Assembly (NCBI GenBank): GCA_029245825.1
Contig: JAQWON010000011.1
Coordinates: 1-54,064 of the forward strand
Direction: 5' to 3'
DNA: 54,064 bases
From: Flavobacteriaceae bacterium
Lineage (GTDB): Bacteria; Bacteroidota; Bacteroidia; Flavobacteriales; Flavobacteriaceae
Both the position numbers and the translations under genes were made by a program. Shown piece by piece: positions 47,114 through 54,064 of this stretch. Every line of letters begins with the position of its first letter. The first letter of the stretch is position 1. Below the pieces are notes generated by a model. That model did no database searches, had not been told where the DNA came from, and saw nothing but the letters and a program-made list of their open reading frames with translations.

Positions 47114-48157
47114 CTATTTTGATAATAATTCAATTGCTTTTTCAATTATTACTTTAGGATCAATAGATCTCAAAGCTTTTTGATATCCCTTAAAAACTTT
47201 TTTCCCATATATTGAAGTTGGAATCAGAGGATATTTCTCTCTATCTAAAAATATAGAATTTTCTATTGGTTGGCCAAAAGGGGTAAACCCGCAAAAAGGA
47301 TGAGTTACTCCCCATAATGTTATTGTAGGTATACCAAAATTTGATGAAAGGTGTCCGTTTGCAGAGTCCATAGATATCATCAAATCTAAGTTTGAAATTA
47401 AATTAATTTCATCACCAAAAGAAATTAATCCTACGGTTGAAAAAACATTGGGATAAGCACTTTGCCAAATATCAAATTTCTGACTTTCCTTTTTGCCTTT
47501 GCCAAATAAAAAAAGCTTATAATCTTTTTGCAAGTAAGATATAACTTTTTGCATTAGATCTAAAGGGTAAATTTTACCTGGGAAAGCAGCAAAAGGAGCG
47601 ATTCCAATCCACTTTTCATTATTATTTTTGAGTATTTCTTTTAATATTCTTTTAGGAACCATTCCCTTTTTTAGTGGGAATTCATGCTTCTGCATATCAA
47701 CAGGGAACCCAAGTCTTCTGAATACATCTGCATATCTATATATAGTAGGTGTCAGAGGTTGAAATTTTTTGTTTTTTTTTCTTGTCAACAAATATTTTTC
47801 AAATCTAGCTTTTGTTATTTTTTTAACTTGAAAAAGGTTAATCTTAAAAAAAAAGCAAAGTAAATGTGTGCGTATTACTGAATGTAAGTCAGCTATTCTG
47901 GTTATTGGAATTTTTCTCAAATCATTATATAGTTGATAAATCCCTTTTAGTCCCTTATGCCTGTGGTTAAAATCAACAGCAAAAAAATTAATACCTTTAA
48001 ATTCTTTAAACAGAGGTTCCATTGCCTTTCTACTAACAATTGTTATCTGTAAATTCGGATATGTTTTTAATAAACATCGTATAACTGGAATAGTTAAAGC
48101 AACGTCTCCTAGAGAGGAAAATCGAAGAATTAGTAAATGCTCCTTTTTTTGAGTCAA
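47114..48157 (-). CDS. Glycosyltransferase family 9 (heptosyltransferase-like)
   Basis: N-terminal LLILRFSSLGDVALTIPV and C-terminal MDSANGHLSSNFGIPTITLWG motifs. TTG start. Confidence 0.8.
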   Translation of the reverse strand: MTQKKEHLLILRFSSLGDVALTIPVIRCLLKTYPNLQITIVSRKAMEPLFKEFKGINFFAVDFNHRHKGLKGIYQLYNDLRKIPITRIADLHSVIRTHLLCFFFKINLFQVKKITKARFEKYLLTRKKNKKFQPLTPTIYRYADVFRRLGFPVDMQKHEFPLKKGMVPKRILKEILKNNNEKWIGIAPFAAFPGKIYPLDLMQKVISYLQKDYKLFLFGKGKKESQKFDIWQSAYPNVFSTVGLISFGDEINLISNLDLMISMDSANGHLSSNFGIPTITLWGVTHPFCGFTPFGQPIENSIFLDREKYPLIPTSIYGKKVFKGYQKALRSIDPKVIIEKAIELLSK

Positions 48158-48159
48158 AA

Positions 48160-48765
48160 TTATTGTTTCTTTCTATGATAGAGGATCGGGTTTAAGGAAT
48201 CATCATTGTACATTTTCATTTGCCTGTAAACTTTCATAATTTTTGTTCCGCTAGCAATGTCCTCTAATAAATCATTGATGGAATTGGAAAGATCTAATCT
48301 TTGGGTTAATAAAACCTGTAATTTCTCTTGACAATTTTTTTTATGTATAGTAGCAGCTTCTCTTTCCGTTTCCTCACGCATGTGAAAAATTTTAATTTCT
48401 AAAATAGAGAGTCTATCAATTGCCCAAGCTGGACTTTCAGAGTTTATCTTTGCGTTTTTTTTTGGATTTACATTTTTATATTTCTCTAGAAAAAAATCAT
48501 CTATTTTTTCTACAATGTTTGTTCTAACCTGATTTGACGCATCAATTTTGCGTTTTATTGACATCCCTTTATAGTCTTTAATTACAGGATCGCGAATGAT
48601 ATCTTCGTAGTGCCACTGAATTACATCAACCCAATTTTTATAATATAATAAATGTGATAAATCTCCTTCCTTGTATGGATTATTTATTTTTTGATTTACA
48701 GAATCTTTTATATGATAATTATCTATACTATTCTGAAAAATTTTTACTGCTTTAGCACTTATCAT
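48160..48765 (-). CDS. DUF4254-like protein
   Basis: 201 aa, with WVDVIQWHYEDIIRDP and AIDRLSILEIKIFHM blocks. Its stop is 2 nt upstream of the GT9 gene start. Confidence 0.5.
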   Translation of the reverse strand: MISAKAVKIFQNSIDNYHIKDSVNQKINNPYKEGDLSHLLYYKNWVDVIQWHYEDIIRDPVIKDYKGMSIKRKIDASNQVRTNIVEKIDDFFLEKYKNVNPKKNAKINSESPAWAIDRLSILEIKIFHMREETEREAATIHKKNCQEKLQVLLTQRLDLSNSINDLLEDIASGTKIMKVYRQMKMYNDDSLNPILYHRKKQ

Positions 48766-48850
48766 TGTTTGAAACTTTAATTAAAAAAATCTGATAAATA
48801 TACAATTTGCTGAAGATTTTTTTAAAAACCCTTAAACTAATAATGGCTTA

Positions 48851-49801
48851 TTAAAGATGAAGTATCTTAAAATCAATTAGTTTAAAAATAATAATTGCAA
48901 TAAGTGAAAATGAGATTAAATAATTTTTTATAAGTCTTGATCTAATTTTGGTCAAAAAAATTCCAACAAAATAAGCGTTAGGAATAAAACTTAAAAACCA
49001 CCTCCCATCACCAACATTAAGACCAAGAATTCCAATCAAGATAGATGCATATAACCAAAAAGACATAAATTTAAATCCTGAAATATTCTCTGGATTTGAA
49101 TTTTTCTCGTAAGTCTTGGGTTTATAAAAAATTGTTACATACACTGATAGGATGATAATTATACCCCAAAGAAAGTCAGCCTTTGATTGAATAGTGAAAT
49201 CCCATAAATCAAGTTTCATAAATGCATAAAAAGAGCCAAAAAACTTATCTGGAATAACAATACTAATAGCATTAACAAATAGAGGAACAAAAATAACCGG
49301 AAGAAAGAAACAAATAAGATGTTTGATGTCACGATATTTTTGTTGTAACAACATTACTAATGGGATAAGATAAAAAATAGCAAGAAAATTATTATAGATT
49401 AAAATAAGTGAAAATATAAAGGATAAATCAAATAGGTTTTTAGCTGAGTTCTCAGAGAATAAAACTTTGCCATAAACATACTTTGAATAAACTAGCATTA
49501 GTCCTAAAAAAAATTTTGAAACTACTAATCCTGAGCCATGAGGGAAAAAAAGGAACGCTAGGGGGAAGGCTAGTAAATGGATTGAACTATAATTGCTGTA
49601 TGCATATCTAGTCTCTAAATAAGTTATCATTAATATATAAAAAACAAAAAAGGCCCAAAAAACTATTGCGTTAAGTATAATTTGAAAAGAGAAAAAGGGA
49701 TAATTTTTACAAAACTGAATAAAAAAAACAGTGAAAAAAGAAAAAATCAAAGAGCTGAAATATGCTTTATAAGTAGTTTTTTCAAATAAATTGGCAATCA
49801 T
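48851..49801 (-). CDS. Hypothetical polytopic membrane protein (about 9-10 TM)
   Basis: A 316-aa, very hydrophobic, Phe/Ile-rich ORF with no catalytic motif recognised. Confidence 0.4.
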   Translation of the reverse strand: MIANLFEKTTYKAYFSSLIFSFFTVFFIQFCKNYPFFSFQIILNAIVFWAFFVFYILMITYLETRYAYSNYSSIHLLAFPLAFLFFPHGSGLVVSKFFLGLMLVYSKYVYGKVLFSENSAKNLFDLSFIFSLILIYNNFLAIFYLIPLVMLLQQKYRDIKHLICFFLPVIFVPLFVNAISIVIPDKFFGSFYAFMKLDLWDFTIQSKADFLWGIIIILSVYVTIFYKPKTYEKNSNPENISGFKFMSFWLYASILIGILGLNVGDGRWFLSFIPNAYFVGIFLTKIRSRLIKNYLISFSLIAIIIFKLIDFKILHL

Positions 49802-49839
49802 ATGTGTTTTTATTAAATTCGCAATATATATAAACTGTT

Positions 49840-50073
49840 ATGAACTGGAAAAATTTTTTTGAAGGGATTGCTTCGCTTTTTGAAAATCTACTCTTTATTC
49901 CTTATGAAAGTCTAAGATCATTACAGCTAGATAGTTGGTGGGCTGCTAATATTATCTCTTGGATTTTTCTTTCGATTGGCTTAATTGCATCTATATATTG
50001 GATTTATCAACTCAATTTATCTGATAAAAGAGGTGAAGAAAATAAGGAGATTACTGCACATCCTTTTCTATAG
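49840..50073 (+). CDS. Hypothetical small membrane protein
   Basis: A 77-aa ORF with one clear TM helix (ISWIFLSIGLIASIYWIY). Its end overlaps the purD stop region by 6 nt (convergent). Confidence 0.35.
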   Translation: MNWKNFFEGIASLFENLLFIPYESLRSLQLDSWWAANIISWIFLSIGLIASIYWIYQLNLSDKRGEENKEITAHPFL

Positions 50074-51339
50074 GTCAAACCCAATATCTTTTCTATAATT
50101 CATTCCATCAAAATTAATCTTTTTCAACTCTTTGTATGATTTATTTATAGCCTCTTTAAAACTCTCTTCTAAAGATGTAATTGCTAATACCCTTCCTCCA
50201 TTAGTATAGATATTTGAACCTTTTGATACAGTTCCTGCATGAAAAACATTACTGTCTTGAATTTCATCAATGTTACGAATTTTTTTGCCTTTTTCATATG
50301 ATCCAGGATATCCTCCCGATACTGCAAAAATTGTTGTAGCAAACTTATGATCTACCTCTAGTTTTATTTTAGATATCTCTTTAGATGCAATGGATGATAA
50401 TATTTCACCAAAATCATTTTTTATCCTTGGAAGAACTACTTGTGTTTCAGGGTCTCCCATTCTGACATTATATTCTATAACGTAGGGTGAATTCTGAACT
50501 TTGATTAAACCGATAAAAATAAATCCCACATAATTAATCTTCTCCTGGGCTAAGCCTTTGATTGTTGGCTTAATTATATTTTCATCTATTTTATTTAAGA
50601 AAGACTCATCAACAAAAGATACAGGAGAAACTGCTCCCATCCCTCCGGTATTTAATCCAGTGTCTCCTTCTCCTATTCTTTTATAATCTTTTGCCAGAGG
50701 TAATGTCAAATAGGATTCGCCATCTGTTATTAAAAAACACGACAATTCAATCCCTTTCAAGAATTCTTCAATAACCACTTTTTCTGATGCTGAACCAAAT
50801 TTTTTTCCCACTAACATTTCTGAAAGTTCTGTTTTTGCTTGAGCTAAATCATTAATTATTAAAACTCCTTTACCTGCTGCTAATCCATCTGCTTTTAATA
50901 CATAAGGTGGCTTTAAAGTATTTAAAAATTTGTGCCCTTCTTTAATAGTTCTTTTATCAAAAGTTGCATATTTTGCTGTTGGAATAGAATTCCTTTCCAT
51001 AAATTTTTTTGCAAAATCTTTGCTACCCTCTAACATAGCAGCCTTTTTTGTTGGCCCTATTACAGGTATAGGATTTAGAATTTTATCAGATAAGAAAAAA
51101 TCATGAATACCATTAACTAAAGGGTCTTCTGGACCTACAAGAACCATTTCAATTTTGTTTTTTATTACTTCTTCCTTAATTGCTAAAAAATCATTCACGC
51201 TTATATCTAAATTTACCCCAAGCTCACTTGTCCCAGCATTTCCTGGTGCAATAAAAATATCATTAACGATCTTGCTTTTAGATAGCTTCCAACAAAAGGC
51301 ATGTTCTCTACCTCCCCCTCCTAATATCAAAATATTCAT
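50068..51339 (-). CDS. purD: Phosphoribosylamine--glycine ligase
   Basis: MNILILGGGGREHAFCWKL, ATP-grasp motifs ADGLAAGKGV and EYNVRMGDPETQ, GGRVLAITS. Confidence 0.95.
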   Translation of the reverse strand: MNILILGGGGREHAFCWKLSKSKIVNDIFIAPGNAGTSELGVNLDISVNDFLAIKEEVIKNKIEMVLVGPEDPLVNGIHDFFLSDKILNPIPVIGPTKKAAMLEGSKDFAKKFMERNSIPTAKYATFDKRTIKEGHKFLNTLKPPYVLKADGLAAGKGVLIINDLAQAKTELSEMLVGKKFGSASEKVVIEEFLKGIELSCFLITDGESYLTLPLAKDYKRIGEGDTGLNTGGMGAVSPVSFVDESFLNKIDENIIKPTIKGLAQEKINYVGFIFIGLIKVQNSPYVIEYNVRMGDPETQVVLPRIKNDFGEILSSIASKEISKIKLEVDHKFATTIFAVSGGYPGSYEKGKKIRNIDEIQDSNVFHAGTVSKGSNIYTNGGRVLAITSLEESFKEAINKSYKELKKINFDGMNYRKDIGFDL

Positions 51340-51378
51340 CTTTAAATTATTTTTTCTTTATCAAATCAACTGGGAAGC

Positions 51379-52230
51379 TTATCGAAACAACCTCTTAAAA
51401 ATTCCTCTCCAGCGACTATTCTTTATAAACTTACCCTGCTCTCTATTAACAAGAAATGACATTTTTTTTGATTTGGCCATAAAATATCCTTTTAAATAAC
51501 TTTCAATTATAGAAAAACGACCTTTATTAATAGCTGATTTTATTCCAGAAAGAAAAGTTAAAATAATACCCAAACGCATTCTAAAAGAGGCTACTCCTTG
51601 TAACTTTTCAGATTCACGATTGTATCTGTCCCCTGTAGCTCTTAGGTGTTTTACTTTTAGTTTTGAGTCAACCAAAATATTCCATGAATAATATTTTGCT
51701 AAAAATTCGTCTATTGTATCCCATCCAATTGAATTTTTTATTTTACCTATTTCAATAAAACAATCTTTCCTGTAGGACTTAATAGCTCCTCTTATGTGAT
51801 CATCTCTATACTTATTCTCAGGAATCCATCTTTCTTCTCTTTTTATATAACAAACACCACCAACTATTCCAAGTTTACTATTTCTCCTAAAATGGTTATA
51901 TATTCTTTCAATATAATCTGGATCAAAGATTAAATCTGCATCAAACTTAGAAATTATGTCATATTGATCATCCAGAATAGCATAGCCTTCATAAAAAGCA
52001 TTTATAATTTTGGCTCCTGGAGTATGGTCTGATGATGAACTTACATTTACGCTTTTTATCCAGTTATATTTCCTGCAAAATTCAGACACAATTTTCTCTG
52101 TATTATCATCAGAATTATCATTAACAATAACTAGTTTTTTTGGTAGTCTTGTTTGATTAACTAATGAATTTAAGGTCAAGCCTATAGTCTTACTTTCATT
52201 ATGTGCAGGAATAATTATGTAAAATTTCAA
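51379..52230 (-). CDS. Glycosyltransferase family 2
   Basis: FYIIIPAHNE, VIVNDNSDDNT and FDADL (DxD) motifs. Confidence 0.8.
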   Translation of the reverse strand: MKFYIIIPAHNESKTIGLTLNSLVNQTRLPKKLVIVNDNSDDNTEKIVSEFCRKYNWIKSVNVSSSSDHTPGAKIINAFYEGYAILDDQYDIISKFDADLIFDPDYIERIYNHFRRNSKLGIVGGVCYIKREERWIPENKYRDDHIRGAIKSYRKDCFIEIGKIKNSIGWDTIDEFLAKYYSWNILVDSKLKVKHLRATGDRYNRESEKLQGVASFRMRLGIILTFLSGIKSAINKGRFSIIESYLKGYFMAKSKKMSFLVNREQGKFIKNSRWRGIFKRLFR

Positions 52231-52236
52231 AATAAA

Positions 52237-52749
52237 TTAATTCATTTTTTTAGCATATACAATATAATATCTGGGATAAAAGTTTCTAAGAATTGGTCTA
52301 AAACCAATCTTTCTAGATGGATTTGTCCACTTATCCTTTGCTATTATTTTCCACCCTGCTTTCTCCAATAGCCAGTTAAATTGCCACTCTTCAAATTCAT
52401 GATAATGTCTGTCCCTGGGATCAGTAGTGCTACGATATGCATTTGAAAACCATAGCTTTAGAGGAACGCTAGCAATCAGATTTTCTGCTTTTATTTTCTT
52501 TAATAAGATGTATGGAGAAAGTAAATGTTCTAAAATTTCTAACGCAGACACAACATTGGCATTTGAATTAGCAAGCGATGATAAATCTTCATCCAAATCC
52601 TCACCTTTAGTGTTTTCTACATAATATCCATTGTCTCTTAATATTTGAGAAAAAGGATTTTCTATGCCCAAATCTAAAATGTTTTCATCTAGAGGAACAT
52701 GCTTTTTAAAAAAATTTAAAGTCCTATTATATCTTTTTTTTGGATACAT
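52237..52749 (-). CDS. Class I SAM-dependent methyltransferase-like protein
   Basis: Motif I-like ILDLGIENP, SALEILEHL, 170 aa. Confidence 0.55.
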   Translation of the reverse strand: MYPKKRYNRTLNFFKKHVPLDENILDLGIENPFSQILRDNGYYVENTKGEDLDEDLSSLANSNANVVSALEILEHLLSPYILLKKIKAENLIASVPLKLWFSNAYRSTTDPRDRHYHEFEEWQFNWLLEKAGWKIIAKDKWTNPSRKIGFRPILRNFYPRYYIVYAKKMN

Positions 52750-52761
52750 TTCTGCAAATTA

Positions 52762-54064
52762 TTATTTTCTTTTTGAAATTAACTTCTCAACAATATTTCT
52801 GTCGTTAGAAAGTCTTGGTACTTTATTCTGTCCTCCTAATTTTCCGATTTCTTTCATGTATTTTTTAAAGCCATCTTTGACAACTTCAGTAACGACTAGT
52901 TTTTTTAATATTTTACCACTGATAAGATCGTCATAATAAAGATTTTGGTTTCTCATTTCTTTGTCTAAATGAAGAGAAAATTTAGAAATATTATCTGGAC
53001 GCTTATCAAAATCTATAAACCATTCATGGTATGGTAATCCACTTGAAGGATTTATTTGAGGAGCAACTGTAAACTCTCTAATAACACAAAAAGTTTTTTC
53101 AGAAGCTATCTTAATTGCAGTTTCAACTTCTTTCCCGATAACATGCTCACCAAAAGCGGAGATAAAATGCTTAATTCTACCAGTCACTATTACTCGATAT
53201 GGAGATAAACAAACAAACTTAATTGTATCTCCTAAATTATATGCCCATAAGCCTGCTGAAGTGGAAATTATCATTACATATTCAATTCCTTTTTTGACTT
53301 GACTCAATGGAATTCTATCATTATTAACCCCAAAATCCCTAGCTTCAATGAACTCATAAAAAATACCATTATTAACTAGAAGGAGTAAGCCTGTTTCTTT
53401 TTGTTTGTCTTGATATGCAAAGAATCCTTCAGAGGCAGGGAAAACCTCTAAAGAATCTATTTGCTTACCGATCAATTTTTTGAATAACGTTTTGTAAGGG
53501 TCATAATTGACTCCTCCGTGGACAAAAAGTGAAAAATTTTCAAATATTTCACTTATTCTTTTTTCCCTCTTATTTATTATTTTTTCAAAATACATCTGAA
53601 CCCAAGAAGGTATTCCTGAAATTAAGGTCATGTTTTGACTTAAGGTCTCATCAATTATCATATCTACTTTTTTTTCCCAGTCCTCAATGCAATTTGTCTT
53701 CCAAGTGGGCATTCTATTTTTTTGCAGATAGTTTGGAACATAGTGTGCTGCTATTCCTGATAGTCGTCCAATATGGATTCCGTTTTTTTCTTCTAAAATA
53801 GGACTGCCCTGTAAAAAAATATGCTTCCCATTTATAAATGAAGAATTGCCTGTTTCATGAATATAGTTTAGCAATGAATCTCTTGCAGAAATTATATGAG
53901 TTCTCATGGATTCTTTTGTTATAGGGATATACTTGAGTCCTGAAGTTGTCCCGCTGGTTTTAGCAAAATAAATTGGTTTCCCAGGCCAAAGAACATTAAT
54001 TTCTCCAGAAAAAATTTTGTCAATATAGGGTTTAATATCCTCATAGTCTTTTATAGGAACATTG
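52762..54064 (-). CDS. GH3 (auxin-responsive promoter / acyl-acid amido synthetase-like, ANL-related) family protein; N-terminus outside window
   Basis: The frame stays open upstream of the ORF-track Met to the window edge (..VPIKDYEDIKPYIDKIFSGEINVLWPGKPIYFAKTSGTTSGLKYIPITKES). Later blocks are ISGIPSWVQMYF, FPASEGFFAYQD and GLWAYNLGDT. Confidence 0.8.
   Translation of the reverse strand, partial: NVPIKDYEDIKPYIDKIFSGEINVLWPGKPIYFAKTSGTTSGLKYIPITKESMRTHIISARDSLLNYIHETGNSSFINGKHIFLQGSPILEEKNGIHIGRLSGIAAHYVPNYLQKNRMPTWKTNCIEDWEKKVDMIIDETLSQNMTLISGIPSWVQMYFEKIINKREKRISEIFENFSLFVHGGVNYDPYKTLFKKLIGKQIDSLEVFPASEGFFAYQDKQKETGLLLLVNNGIFYEFIEARDFGVNNDRIPLSQVKKGIEYVMIISTSAGLWAYNLGDTIKFVCLSPYRVIVTGRIKHFISAFGEHVIGKEVETAIKIASEKTFCVIREFTVAPQINPSSGLPYHEWFIDFDKRPDNISKFSLHLDKEMRNQNLYYDDLISGKILKKLVVTEVVKDGFKKYMKEIGKLGGQNKVPRLSNDRNIVEKLISKRK

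Noticed and set aside
1-54064. I looked for CRISPR arrays, rRNA genes, IS elements/transposases, toxin-antitoxin pairs and known defence-system genes.
   Set aside because: No intergenic region exceeds about 155 nt. No spaced direct-repeat arrays were seen. No ORF shows transposase, Cas, restriction-modification, nuclease-NTPase or TA-type motifs. The only mobile-element trace is the short integrase-like remnant at 22442-22549.

Overview
This is a low-GC (roughly 30% by eye), tightly packed chromosomal segment that looks like Bacteroidota/Flavobacteriia. The phylum call rests on a SusC/SusD pair, gldH, sprE/porW, an atpBEFHAG operon without atpDC, and several TAnnTTTG -7 boxes with a TTG 17-23 nt upstream. 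All family calls come from motif recognition in the translated ORFs; no database search was possible.

Layout:
- 1-19.5 kb: one co-directional polysaccharide-utilisation-type cluster. It holds SusC, SusD, a GH16 beta-1,3-glucanase and an FG-GAP/ASPIC-UnbV lipoprotein. These are followed by non-hydrolase genes: an HGSNAT/NagX-like membrane protein, a SIS protein, 2x DUF1080, a CBM9/DUF5916 protein, a Tat-exported Gfo/Idh/MocA oxidoreductase, DoxX-like and PhzF proteins, and two uncharacterised secreted proteins.
- 19.5-27.9 kb: small accessory and envelope genes around a tRNA-Ala(GGC). A short integrase-arm-like remnant next to the tRNA is fused in frame to a pterin dehydratase ORF.
- 27.9-54 kb: housekeeping and envelope genes. 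These include PBP1A, gldH, trhO, recA, plsC-like, trpS, SPOR, M23, dut, the F-ATPase operon, bactofilin, sprE, ferredoxin, GT9, purD, GT2 and a GH3-family protein.

I saw no CRISPR array, rRNA, intact IS/transposase or recognisable defence system.

Most notable observations:
1. A possible oxidative (3-keto-glycoside-type) module is embedded in the beta-glucan PUL.
2. atpA is interrupted by an in-frame TAA, with the conserved C-terminus still readable in frame behind it.
3. atpB has a conserved N-terminal extension and signal-like peptide that have no ATG/GTG/TTG start; only ATA or ATC is available.
4. An integrase remnant sits next to tRNA-Ala.
5. An overlapping gene chain links sprE, bactofilin, atpZ and the atp operon.
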